Below are positions 50,025 to 63,060 of a DNA stretch of 64,000 nucleotides, piece by piece. The first letter of the stretch is position 1; every line of letters starts with the position of its first letter. Under the pieces are notes generated by a model, which had not been told where the DNA came from, made no database searches, and was given only the letters and a program-made list of their open reading frames with translations. The position numbers were made by a program, and so were the translations under genes. This DNA comes from Lama glama (Eukaryota). The stretch is taken from the NCBI GenBank assembly GCA_028534125.1, contig CM052817.1, positions 28,956,001 through 29,020,000 of the forward strand, written 5' to 3'.

Positions 50025-52329
50025 TATATAAACAGGAAGCACATGCCCTTTTCCAATCTTTTTTTAAAAATTACCAAAAAATATATATATTACATTTTAA
50101 ACTTAGATCTCCCCAGTTTACACTGCATTAAAAAACCAGCAAAGAGCTAAAGGAAATATGTCGATTCTCTCTTACCACAGGTGGCCCTTTTGGGGCACTG
50201 TGAAAATAATGATAACCTAAAATGATATCTTTCAGTTGTGATATAATTCACCAATATTTTCCTAGTGGAAAGCAAGTTAATGTGCCCATTTGAACATATA
50301 TTGTATTTTATGTACATAATTTATTTCTGTGATGCTCTTGTTTAAAGATATGGTACAGTGAAAGGAGTTAAACACCTTGGTTCTGATTTATTGAGATGCC
50401 CAAGAATTTTTTTTAATCTTTGATATTCTTACAATTTTTAAGTTTAGAAAGACCTTCCTCCGGAGTTCAACAGCAATAAGTAGCAACACCTGAATCCAAA
50501 TCTTTTAAAAGAACTTATTTTTTTCCTAAAGAATTCCTTGCTATATAGGATAAGAATGCTGTATGATTTATGATTCCAAGTAATGTTTGCTACTGTTATT
50601 ATTCTTTTTTTATGACTTAAAGGCTCAAAGAAAGATATGGTTTGGGTAAGTCATGGTTGAATACTGTTTACTTATATGTTTCATATTTTGGCATTGGAAA
50701 AAGTACCTTTGGTTCATATGAAGAAAGATCAAGCATCCTCAATAGCCCAAGTGTGGGGAAAGTATGGCAGACCCTTAGGGAGAGTAGAGAGGTGAAGTAG
50801 CGTGAATTAGCAACCCCCTCCCTAAGACATGTCAAGCAACAGAATGCAACCTGCTACTGGCTATCAAACAACAGAATAGTAAGTAGCCACTAGTCATTAG
50901 GGGGCAACCCTGTGACAGCCAGTGCAACAGTAGACTTTTGATCATCTTTGTATCATTTAATCTTTATAATTATGCCTAACTATCAGAATTTTTCCTTATT
51001 TAACAGATGGGGAAGCAGAAGCTCAAAGAGGTTAATCAGCTTAGCCAAGTTTACACAGTTAAGTGCCCAGGTCAAAATTCATACCTATGACAGCTTCCTG
51101 AATTCATAAATGTTCTCTTTATGCTATAATTCCCACCCATATGCCAAAAAAATTGTTTTGTATTCTCAGTTTAAAGAATGCTTTATATTTCTAAATAGTA
51201 TAAAAAAGTAAGTTAAAGGGTATTTTTCCCTCCAAATGATGTGAATAGAAGAAAATCACATAAATGAACGTGGTAATAAATACCATCAGCTGTGAGCACA
51301 CTTGGCCGAGTCTGACTGCCTATGTGTGACGTATGCGATGAAACAGCCCTTCTATATGCACCATCCTCTTTACTGCTTTTTTGCTCTTCTTCCTGCTTTC
51401 CAACTATCTTGGAATTCATATTTCTTTAACGTACATAATTCTACAATTTTTTTAACCAAGTGATCTTAACTCTTAAAGAACTTATGTCAAGTATCTTAAC
51501 CAAGTGACCCCACTGCGTTTATGGTCTTTACCCAGCTCTCAGCCCTTGATTATAAACTATAAGGTATTTTTGTCCACACTGCAAGCATGTTCAGTCCCTC
51601 TATAGCAAACTTTCAGCACATAACAAATGCTCAAAATCAGTTATTTGATTAATGAACTGTCAGATCAAATATGTCTTTTAAATTATGTATGTGGTAACTA
51701 GTCCATTTGTTAGTGTAAAGAGTCAAAGGTACACATATATTCCTGTCAAATCAGTGTTTTTCCCCAAACTAAACTTTCTTCCAACTCTGGAGACTATTCT
51801 CAAACTCCAAAGAGCCATTTCAGAGGAGAGAATATAGATGCCTCATATACTCAAACAAATTTATTAACTTCTCTGTCTTGAGTTCAGCATAAGGGACTGA
51901 TGAAACAGAGATGAATCAGATCCAGTTCCTGCTTGTAACAAATGTAGCAGTCTAGTAGAGAGGACAGAATGGTAGACATCTGAGTTAAAATATTCAGTGA
52001 ATTTGATGTTTCCTAGGGAATTGGAAAGAAATAGCTATGTTACCAGAGAAAAGCCAGCCAGTTGGACACCTAGAAGCCCCACAGACTGACATCAACTTGG
52101 TAAAATAGCACAATAAAGCTCTTATTTAAAATAATTGGCCCAGAAGTTTGGTCTTGACAACTCATGAAAAAGGATGTTGAGTCTTGGGGACAAATTTTCA
52201 CCAAGGAAGTCTTCTGCAAAGTGGCATCAAAGCATTAATTTATAATTAAAAACAAGGTGAATAGATATCCTGTCCTATGACCCACTCATTCTTTCTCTAA
52301 AATATGGGATCCAAATGGTAACCAGGTTT

Positions 52330-52530
52330 CGGTGCATATTGAACCAGAATAACTAGCTCTGTAATTAGCAGCATTTGACCTTGGAAAATTAACCACTTTT
52401 TGTCTAGTTCACACATCTGAAAAATAGCAATCATGATAATAGCTACCTCTAAGATTGCTATGGGAGCTGAATGAGTTGATTTATGTAAAATGTTTATAAT
52501 AGTTTCTTGCACAAGTAGAGGCACAATCAT
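52330..52530 (+). mobile_element. MIR SINE
   Basis: tgaccttggaaaattaaccac...catctgaaaaatagcaatcatgataatagctacctc. Confidence 0.7.
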
Positions 52531-53644
52531 AAAACATTAAATAGTTAATGATGTGGTTTATAACAGTCTGATGTACATAATACACAGCAGAAATACAGCA
52601 GCCAAGAGAACAGATTTGCTTATTCATTCCTTTCGTCATTTCTCGGTATCTATTGAGCACCTAACGTAAGTCATTCGCTGTACTTGGTGTTGGTGATAGA
52701 TTCGTCAACCCATTAAACTGACACTTTCCCTTAACAGAACTTACATCCTAATAGGAAACTCACTAAATAATTACAGTAAAATGTGATGGCTGTTATTGTT
52801 TAGAAGGGTGGGGACTTACATTCCTATTCGCAATATTTCCTTCTACGTGGAGGGCGCTCCAGAGCATAACTTCCTGGATTTTCTCTGTGTCATCACACAT
52901 TCGCCTCCCAGGGAGGAGTGCATTTTCTAAAAGGTGAATTTTGGTTAAGAAAATTGGGCATGCATGGCTCCCCCTCTATTTACTCCTCCTCCCTTGCTCA
53001 CCCACCTGAAAAGAGCATGTGCTCCCCTCTGCAGTGGAGCGAGAGAGGCTGTTTCCGAGGATCCATCACTGCCAGTGATTGCACAGACAGCCCCGATTCT
53101 GAAGTTCAGGTTAGAAAGTCCACTGAACGGCAAGTGTAAACCGCATTCCCCAATACTCACTTCACCAGTAGTGGTGGTAAATTTGCCTCCATCTGCCATA
53201 GTCTTTTATATAATTCTCATTTGATTCAGAACTCAAAAGGATAAGAGAGAGTCATTGATTGGATAACTAGAACTTAAAGTATTTATGATACATGTGTTAC
53301 GTATGAGGGACTAAATCTACCCTAGAGAGGAGAAGAGGCTTACCGAAGGAAGTGATGCGTGGACACAAGGTGGCCAAAGACAGAAGACATTACTCTGGGA
53401 CACAGCAGACCCTCTCCTGCTCCAAGATGGGCCCTGACTAGGGCTCCTTCCTTTTCCTTTTCCTTGACATGTTCTCTTTTTAAACATATTACTCCATTTT
53501 TACTTTTCAAGGTCTTTAGAAATGTCAAAATAGCCAACCTTCATCTTAGGTTATATTCTCACTTTTTGTCATTGGAAAGCTTTCAATAATCCATTTAAAT
53601 TATTGCCTATCTACAAGTTAATTTTCTATCGTGTATTAATAATA

Positions 53645-53832
53645 CTAGCTATAATTATTCAGTACTTGTCTGTCAGGGAACATGCAAAGAACTTTATACA
53701 TGATTTCATTTGATCCTTATATAACTCTAATAGGGATGGTGTTACTATGTGCATAGTCAGATGAGAAAATTAAGGCAGAAGAGGATAAATAATTTGTGCC
53801 CAGATCACACAGCTAGTAAGTGGCAGAGCTGG
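53645..53832 (-). mobile_element. MIR SINE
   Basis: cagatgagaaaattaaggcagaag...gcccagatcacacagctagtaagtggcagagctggg. Confidence 0.8.
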
Positions 53833-56022
53833 GGTAATGACATTACATTACATTTACAATTACATTATTTTAACTCCATTGTCCATCTTCTAACAGTCAT
53901 ACTTGACCTACTTAAAAGCTAAGGTTATTTCTAAATTTTGCATTACTTATTTTATTCCTTCACTAATTATAACGAAACCATGTGAAGGAACTTCTATAGC
54001 ATATCAGCAAGGAAAAGGCACTGTGGTGCATTCAATTACTTCCACTGGCAAAGCAATCAGACTACAAAACCCTTTGATGTAGAGTAAAATGTGTGTTTTT
54101 TGTGTGGCGAACGTGGTATTTTTTTTTCCTTTTTGATTCACTAAAACCCAAACAGGATTAGCTTTTAATGAGGTGTCATGTGATTTTGGTAATATATTTG
54201 CATATATGTCATTGTACAGCAATGCCTTAGTCCATATGCTCCTTCCTGAGACTTTCTCATGAACAATTTTTGAACCATAGAAATATATGGTTTGAATTAA
54301 TTAAGTTCAATTCCACACAAAGTTACTAGGCACTAACAATATGCAAAGCATGTGCCAGGAACAACAGAGAATACAAATTCTGTCTTCAAGGATATCACCG
54401 TGCCTGCCATCGTGATTTCTTATTCTCGTTTCTATTCACAGAAGTAATTTTATTATTTTCTAAGTGAACTTCCTGTTTTTCTCCTCCTATTTGTTTTGTT
54501 GCCCAATATAAATGAGAGATGGACTCCTTCATAAACCATATTTTTACTGCTTTGCACCACAGCAAAGAAAAAAGACAGGTGAGTAAGAGTTTTCTGTTTC
54601 GAACTAAAATTTTAAATAGCACCTAGAGCACTGTCATCATAAAAAATAATTGATTGTGGTTGATGCCAGCATTTATTCCCTTGAAACTTTATTTGACTGA
54701 AGACATTACAGTGAATGAGAGGCTCTACCCATTCTAAATATCACAAATGGCTGGTAAATATCCCTCTATATTCTGAAACCATTCTGAGGCACGTGCAGTT
54801 ATCTGCTCCAAATTAAGCATGGCTACAAGACAGTCAGCACAGCACCTGCTCCCCAGGGCAGAGAGTTCAGAAGGGAGGAGAGACATCCGGAGGCATGAGA
54901 GCCAGCTTAGTATAAATACTTCCCAGAAAAAGCAGCATTTGTGAACAGCCATCTTCTCTCTAATATCCACCTACCTTTTTACAAAGGCAACTTATTGTAC
55001 GTTTCTGGAATGCCTCATACTTCCTAGTATGTCATATTATAGTCAAGGTATACACCCTATAGATGGTAAATGAAAATCACTTTATACGTTGATGGATTCT
55101 GAATGCCCTTACTATGGCCTCAATCTGCCATGTTTCAATCTACACTGATAAGATGTTAATTTAAAGTGAAAATACAGCTCTTTTAAGGAAGGTATGCAGA
55201 GATTGAGGAGTAGAAAAAGAATTAAGACAGTCTTTTCACCAGCACAGTGAGTCTAGATTGGATAAAGAAAAATGAAGAATGGCTTTCTGTATCAGCTTGT
55301 CTTTCTGTAATTACAACAATCACTTTCAAGAACTGTCTGGATATTAAAATGGTAAAACTAAAGTCAATCTAATTATCCTCAGTGAATCTTCCTTCCATCA
55401 ATTTCCATTACAGAGAAAACAAAATTGGCCATTACTTACCACTTCAATATTAATGCTGGCTGCAGCCCCACTGAGAGGTACTTAGATGCACACCATTTGT
55501 TAGAAATCTGAAAGTGATTCCTTTGACTATTAGCACATGCATAGCAAGAGAGAAGAGACAGGGAGAAATTACTAATTCATTTTTCTTTCAACAAATGGGC
55601 ACCGAGCTTAGCCCTGGGAAAACAGACATGTATAAGATGTTTCTTTATTCAAGGAATTCACAGTCTGTGTGGGGGTCAATCACATAAATAGATAATGATG
55701 AAAGAACGAGGTAAGAACAATGATAGAGAGATTCAGACAATACTGAAAGGCAGCAACTAGCCGAGTCAGGATGTTTGTAAAAAAAATAATAGGGAGAGGG
55801 ATGTTAATCAGGTACATGACTAAGCTGTTTCTTGGGAGGCGTTGGAAAGAGGAAGAGAGCATTTCCTCTAGAAAGAAAGGCCTGAACAAAGACATGGAGG
55901 TGAAAAATACCAGGCGCTTAACATGGAACCATAAGCAACTCTCATTTCTAACACAATAAGCTAGGCAGAGACTGCCAGATGAAGAGGCAATGGGGCAATA
56001 AAATATTTTGTGTTTCATTTTA

Positions 56023-56088
56023 TTTTATTTATTTATTTTTTTAACATTTTTTTATTGAGTAATAGTCACTTTACAATGTTGAGTCAAA
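56023..56088 (-). mobile_element. Very short L1 3'-end insertion with 14-bp target-site duplication
   Basis: T-rich tail plus ttttattgagtaatagtcactttacaatgttgagtcaaa; identical flanks tgtgtttcatttta at 56009-56022 and 56089-56102. Confidence 0.85.
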
Positions 56089-56179
56089 TGTGTTTCATTT
56101 TAAAGAACAGAAATTTTTCCTACTAGGAGATGGGGCAGTCTAAATATTTATAAGCAATGGAGCTAGGTTATAAGATCTG

Positions 56180-56668
56180 TATGCTGGATTCTTCTACTAC
56201 CCTTCCAGGGGCATTCTCCACCTGTCTCAGCTCTGTGCCCAGTCCGGGAGACAAACTGGTGCTGACTACATCAAAGGTTTCTCCTGTCTCCTGATTTCCA
56301 GCTGAGTTTGACCAACAGGGGCCCCAGGCAAAGATTAGAGGGAGAGTGGGAGTAAGGACATGCTATTTATCTGGTGTGGTCTGAACATCCTTTGTTCTGG
56401 GATGACCCTTGATTAATCAAAGATCTCTGCTTTTTTTTCAAATCAGCCAGCTCTACCCACTGAGTTTTTCTGTGTTTTAGTAGCCACTCCCTCACCTCAG
56501 CCCACGGGACCTAGAAGTGCTAACAGCTTGGTCAGATTATCACACCATCTGTTGTAGTTGTCCTACACACAAACCTGTGGAAATTGTCTCTTTGTGAATA
56601 AAGCTTCCTTGAATGAATCTTATTTTGAAAATGCCCATCATTTCCTATTGGGACCTGAACTAATTAAT
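56180..56668 (+). mobile_element. ERVL LTR16-like solo LTR
   Basis: ttctccacc..gctctgtgccc, ttccagctgagtttgaccaa, aataaa, terminal tttcctattgggacctgaactaat. Confidence 0.75.
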
Positions 56669-56774
56669 ATACTTTGCAGTTAGATAAGTCAAACTGAAGT
56701 CTGTAAGGGAGATGGTTTAAAAAGAAGAGAGAGGAGAGAACCTAGCTGAGACATGGTGAAAAACTTAATTGTGT

Positions 56775-57205
56775 CAACATGGGTGGATCTGGAGATTGTC
56801 ATTCTAAGCAAAGTAAGTCAAAAAGAGAAAGAAAAATACCATATGATATCACTTATATGTGGACTCTAAAAAAAGACACAAATGAACTTATTTACAAATC
56901 AGAAACAGACTCACAGACATAGAGAACAAACTTATGGTTACCAGAGGGGGAAGGGGGTGGGAAGAGATAAACTGGGAGTTTGAGATCTGCAGATACTAAC
57001 TACTATATATAAAATAGATAAACAACAACTTCATACCATATAGCACAGGGAGCTATATTCAATATCTTGTAGTAACCTGTAATGAAAAACAATATGAAAA
57101 TGAATATAAGTATGTATATGTATGGCTGAACTATTGTGCTGTACACCAGAAACTGACACTACATTGTAAACTGACTACACTTCAATTAAAAAAAAAGAAA
57201 GAAAG
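56775..57205 (+). mobile_element. 5'-truncated artiodactyl-type L1 3' end (~430 bp)
   Basis: caacatgggtggatctggagattgtcattctaag..aaatgaacttatttacaaa..tatagcacaggg..gctgtacaccagaaactgac..acacttcaattaaaaaaaaa; flanked by a ~59-bp duplication. Confidence 0.92.
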
Positions 57206-57666
57206 AAAAAGAAGAGGGAGGAGAGAGCCCAGCTGAGACATGGCGAAAACCGTAATTGTATCGATGATAGTTGTATCAGAGAAGCAGGCAAATGTTTGAG
57301 ACATACTTGGAGGTGAAATCTGCTGCATGCATCGATGGACTGGCTGCAGAGAGGGGGGAAAAACTGTTTCCAATTTTCTAACTTCCAGGTTTCCAACTTC
57401 AGTGCCTGGATGATAGATGATGGATGATGGTGCTACCGATAGGGACTATACATGAAGGAGCAGGTTTATGGTGTAAGATAGTAAGTTCGCTTTTACATGT
57501 GTTGACTTTGAGGTGTCTGGATCTGCTGGATATATGAAAATAAATGTTCAGGACTGAAAATAATACCTTTGAAAGTTGTCAGCGTATCAGTAGGTGGTAC
57601 TTAAACTATGAGATTGAGAACAGTGAGCTGGAAGAGAAACCCTAGAAAGGGCCAACATTTAAGGAA

Positions 57667-57852
57667 ATGTTCTCAAATGTTAGTCTTTGTGAAGTTCCAC
57701 CCAGAAAGCTGGTTAAAATGCCTCATCTTGGGTTTTTAGTTTAGTGACTGACTCAGTAGGTAGGAGCGGCGGATTCAGAGATTGTGTCTCCCAAGCACAT
57801 ATTCCAAGGGATCCTGGTTACAGTGTTTGCAGGCCACACTGAGAGAAATACT
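57667..57852. mobile_element. MER5B-like hAT element
   Basis: gttctcaaa..ggttaaaatgc..ctgactcagtaggt..ggccacactgagagaaatact. Confidence 0.6.
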
Positions 57853-57899
57853 CAACTAAAGAGCAGAGAAAGAAAGAAATGTTCATAAAAGAGAAAAAA

Positions 57900-58717
57900 A
57901 TGGAATATCCAGAATATATAGAGAACTCCTAAAACTCAACAACAATAAACAAACAACACAATTCAAAGATGGGCAAGGGACTTAAACAGACATTTCCCCA
58001 AAGAAGATACATGAATGGCTAATAAGCATGGGAAAGTTCTTCAGTATCACTGATCATTAGGGAAATGCAAATAAAAACCACAAGACACCACTTCACACAC
58101 ATTAGGATGTCTACTATTAAAAAAAAAAAAAAACAAGTTTTGTTGATGATGTGGACAAATTGGAACCGTTATGCACTGTTGGTGGGAAAGTCAAGTGGTG
58201 CAGTCACATGGAAAACAATATGGCATTTCTTCAAAAGTTCTTCAAAAACTTAGAATTACCATATGGCCCAGCAACTGCACATTTGTGTACACACAAAAGA
58301 GCTGAAAGCAGAGTCCTGAAGAGACATTTGTCCAGCCATGTTCTAGCAGCATTATCCATAACAGCTGAAACGTGGACACAAACTGAACGTCTACTGACAG
58401 AGGAATGGATTAGAATGTGGTATACACATGCAATAGAATATATTTGGCCTTAAAAAGGAAGTTTTGACACATGCTACGACATAGATAAACCTTGAGGGCA
58501 TTATGCCAAATGAAAAAGTCAGTCACAAAAAGGCCAGTATTGTATGATTCCATCTATATGACATACCTAGCATAGTCACAATCATAGATATAGGAAGTAA
58601 ATGGTGGTTGCCAAGGGTGGGAGGAGGAAGAAATGGGGAGTTATTGCTTAATGAGTAAACAGTTTTAGTCTTATAACATGAGAAGAGTTCTGGAGAGGGA
58701 GGATGGTGATGCTTACA

Positions 58718-58753
<36 letters not shown>

Positions 58754-58845
58754 TTAATACCACTGAACTGTATGATTTTAAAGTAGTTATGATGGTAAAT
58801 ACTATATTAAGTACATTTTATTAAAATCAAAAATTATAAAATATG
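57900..58845 (+). mobile_element. L1MB-type ORF2 end and 3'UTR, containing (TA)n at ~58719-58752
   Basis: gaactcctaaaactcaacaac, cattagggaaatgcaaataaaaacc; ORF remnants MQIKTTRHHFTHIRM and LELPYGPA; 3'UTR ttctggagagggaggatggtgat. Confidence 0.9.
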
Positions 58846-60309
58846 AGATAAAAATAAATTCACCATTTTATCCCAGATGGATGGGGAAAAAGAGAAGTGT
58901 GCAAACAAGAAGGTCAGGTGGAGAGAGGAATCAACAATGTCAAATGAAGCAGATGACTACATGCGGTAAATGGCTTATTTCACTATAATGCAAGGAGATG
59001 CTGTCCCTAAATTACAGTACATTTTCTGTATATCTCTCAGGAAAATCTTGTGCCCTCTTCTGAGTATGAATATAATGTTACATGTTGCTGATGTTCTCTA
59101 GAATTAGATTTATCCACCAAGAAGCTGAATCTCTGTTCTTTATAAGGCAATTATTGATTTTAGAAGTATGTGTACAAGAAACATTTTTAACACAAAATAA
59201 AGCACTCAAATGTAAAACAGACTGAAGGTTACAAAATTCTGCCTGTCTGCCTACTCCACCAGGCCACTTTCCCCCTGAGAAGAATATGAAAGTAACAAAT
59301 GATAACCATAACATCAAAACCTTAGGCCTGCTTGCCAGAAACATACCAGGCTGGCATTAGGCAGATGAGGTTTTAGACTGGTTTCCATAGCCTCTAAATA
59401 TCTTAGAAGAGTAAGATTTCTTGAGAAACATGCTGAGCTCTCACTTGTTTCATATTAAGCATCCCCTAAATCCACAGGTTGGATTTGCCATTTCTCAGAG
59501 TTAATATGAGGCATAGAAATACAATGTATCAGTGGGAACATTTAGTTTTTCCAAAGGCACCTGTTTTACTGCATGTTCACAGACCCACTTTCTTCTGAGT
59601 CTTCAAGTGATAATTAATGCAGCTTCCTTTCTCCAGTCCTCAAATATTTGAAGGTGACTACTCTGAAAATACACTTTGCCATTTTCAGATTAAGATCACA
59701 TGTACCCAAGCAAATAGCAAATCTTAATTTTTTAAAGGAGAATCAAGGTGAGGATTATTTAAAAGATTGGTTGTATCCCATTAATTTTATTTGGATTTAA
59801 GCTCTCAAGAAAGGACAAATATATCTCCCTAATTGTACTCGTCTTGGACTTCAGCTAATGCTTATGCTGATTCCTCCCCTTGAAAACAAATGACACCTTT
59901 CTAACCTCACCTTTTTTACTCCTTTACTGTTGCTGAAGTTGGTTTCTCTCATTGTGTACTTTGGTCCATTTCACATTGCCTATTTTCACAGTTTATCTGT
60001 CCACGCTGACCTTACTCACTTATTCTCCCTGAAGGCTTGGACCATCTCATTTTAAAGCTGTCCCTTAAACAGCTGGACCACTTTGATAGGCTATCCTGCT
60101 ACCATGTCAGATTTGCTTCTTGAAGTCACTACTGTGAATAACGTATGCTGGTTGGATGAATATGAAAATGTAACTGTATTTGAATTTTCAGAAGCAGTAT
60201 GGATAGTGGTTAAGTGGACATGTGACGTTTAAGCTGGGTTTTGGTAAATATCTGAATTCACCAAGTCTTGGTTGTCTCATCTATGAAACAGGGGCAATAG
60301 AGGACTTCC

Positions 60310-63060
60310 ACATAGTGTCACAGCTGTCTAAATCCAAATCTCTCTAGCTATCTTCCAAAACTATGTGAATAAATAAGACATGCAGCTCTCTTTTCCACAT
60401 AACAAATTTCAATTACTTATAAATTTTAAAAATAATGAAATAAACACCAATCCCAGCATACCTATTTATCAAGTCCCTGATGCAAGACTTTGCAGAGAGG
60501 TGTGGAGGTCCAGAAAAACCGTGCTAAATAGAGAACAGAAGACTGAGATAAAATCTCCCAGAAAGAGGAAGTCCTCCTTACATGTAAAAAGTACTAAAGA
60601 AGAATTCTGGTGCTTCAGAACACAGACCACAGGAAGGGGATTTAAAAGTGCACACAAGGAGGCAGTCCTGGGAAGGTGACCCTCCTGGGGAAAGAAAGGT
60701 CAAAAGGAAGGGAGACACACTGTTGAAGACTGTGTGGTAAAGGGTAAAAGAAGCAAGAGGAGAAACTGTACAATCCCTCAAGACAGAAGTAAAGCAAAAA
60801 TTACCAAGGAAACAACCCCTTCCTCACTGACAAAAAAAGAAGAAAGTCAGCCACAAAAGAGACTGAAGTGATTTAATCTGACACAAGGTGTCCTTCAACT
60901 ATATATAATCACCACACTTGTCCAAGAAATATAGAGGTGCAAGCAGGATTTATTTTACAAAGCTACTAAAAAGAATAAAATAAAAATGGGGACTAAATAT
61001 TTCTGCTAGTAAGCACCCTCCCCCTCCAGGAAAAAACACAAAGTAATACAATAAAACTGTAACACGACAAACCACACTGAATCAAATAGCATTAATAAAG
61101 TAATTGGGGATAAGAAACTAAAACACCTTGAATCATAAATTCAAAAATTAAAGTATGTATATAAAAACATGAAGAAATGAAATGAGAAATGATTGAACTC
61201 AAGAAAGAAGTGGAAGAAAAGACAAAATGATATCAAACATGATGACAAAATTACAAGATTCCCCAAAGGAGAATAAATTCAAAGAAAATTTAATAAAAGC
61301 TATTGAACAGAAGGAGGCAAATAATCAAAAGGACAAAAGTGAAATAATAAAAAAAAGTAAAAGAGAATAAAAGAAGCAAGAGAAAAAAGCAGGAGGATAT
61401 CAAAGAAAATTCAACAGATATAAAATTATTGACTGGACAAACAACATGAAACAATTGAGCAAAACTAATATTTAAATATATAATCCAAGGAATCCTTCCA
61501 AAAATAAAAGAAGAGCTCAATCTACATATTTAAAGGGTCTAGCAAGTTGCTGGGAAAATTTGCCTGCATCAATCAACTCTGTGATATATACTATTAAAAT
61601 ATTTGACTTTTAGACTTTAGTCTATTAAAATATTTGACTTAAAGTCAAATAAGGTGAAAATAGCCTCCATGCCTCTGTGCAATATTATCAAAGAATTTAC
61701 AAGGGAAAGAGAATTAGAAAAGCAACATTCAAAGCATGGCAACAATGGTGCAGCATTTTCAAGAAACTCAAGGATAAAAACTGTGGACTAAGGATTTTAT
61801 TCCCAACTAATCTCTCCTTCAAGCATCAAGGATATAGAAAAACAATTTTACACATTCAAGATCTAGGAAATTTCTGTGCCCATGAGCTCTCTTGAGAAAT
61901 ATAGTAGAAAATAACCTTCATCCGACCAAGAGATAATTGGAGAAGGTTTAGCAAAAGGACTGGTGGTAAAGAAATTACGTACGTAATTTCACATCTAAGA
62001 TGAAAGCAAAAGATGGAGACAAGATTGGAAGAATAATATATAAATATCATACGTTTTGAAAAAGAAATATTGCAACTAAACATGGGTAGAGAAGAGGGAA
62101 ACAGAAAAGTTAAATAAAGATATTGACTGTTGTATAGGTAATAGGTAGGTATCACTAAAAACTGACACTAAATATCAATAAGAAATTTATCAACCCAGAT
62201 AGTAAATGGTCATATAAGAAAACTTGATACAGGGCATTAAGAAGTATAAAGTGTAAAATTCCTGGAACAAAAATACAGAACTTCCTAAACAGAAAATAAT
62301 TTTTAAGAAGAGAAAAGGAAACACATCACATACAGAAAGAAGAGCAGGAAAGATAATATAGCAATTTATAATATAAAATAATATGAGAGTTCAGTTCAAA
62401 AATACCAGTCATTTCAATAAATGAGAATGGGCTTAACTACCCAATAAAATAAAAATACCTCAATTGATCTCACTAGACAAAAACTGTATGTTGTGTAAAG
62501 TGACACACCTAAAACAAAGTGATTCAGAGAAGCTGAAAATAAAGTGAAAGTAATGTTATACCAGCCAAAGGGAAACATTAAGAAAACTGGAGTTTCAACA
62601 TCTATATAAAGCAAACCAAATCAGAATTCAAGCCAGAAAACAGTCAACCTGAAAAAGGACACTTTTTTAATACTGAAAGCTACTATACACAATGAATGTA
62701 GGTATCTGTCAGATATAACATAGCAACCACCTTGATAAAGCAGAAACTACAAGCGATTCAAGCTTTTTTGTGGGGGAAAAACTTAAACTAGGAGCCTTTT
62801 GCATACTACTTTTAGTATAAAACAAACCAAGTGGGCCCAAAATAGTGAAAGATATGGACAATAATAACATAATCAATTTTATGAATGTATATTGAAATTT
62901 ACATCCTAATAATAAAGGACATATCCTCCTCTCAAGTGCATTAAGAAACACTCACAAAGATCAATCACATGTTGGATCACAGAGAAGGCATTCTTAAGTT
63001 TCAGCAAGTAGGATTACTACAAACAGCACTTTCTGAATACAGTACAATAAAACTATAAAT
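60310..63060 (+). mobile_element. Very old L1 (5' region, ORF1 remnant, ORF2 endonuclease start)
   Basis: ORF1 C-terminal remnant WCSIFKKLKDKNCGLRILFPTNLSFK (61677); ORF2 start gtcatttcaataaatgagaatgggcttaactacccaataaaa (~62408); tctcaagtgca..cacaaagatcaatcacatgttgg. Confidence 0.75.

Larger units (their letters stand above)
55580..57665 (-). mobile_element. L2 LINE remnant hosting nested LTR16 and two L1 insertions
   Basis: L2 tail antisense ttcattttt..caacaaat at ~55577; aaaggcctgaacaaagacatggaggtg; resumes after insertions with gttgactttgaggtg, ttgaaagttgtcagcgta, ccaacatttaagg. Confidence 0.65.

Noticed and set aside
52918..53224. Three overlapping ORFs and CTCF-like G-rich motifs
   Set aside because: Explained by locally higher GC; motifs mismatch the CTCF core and peptides are unrecognised
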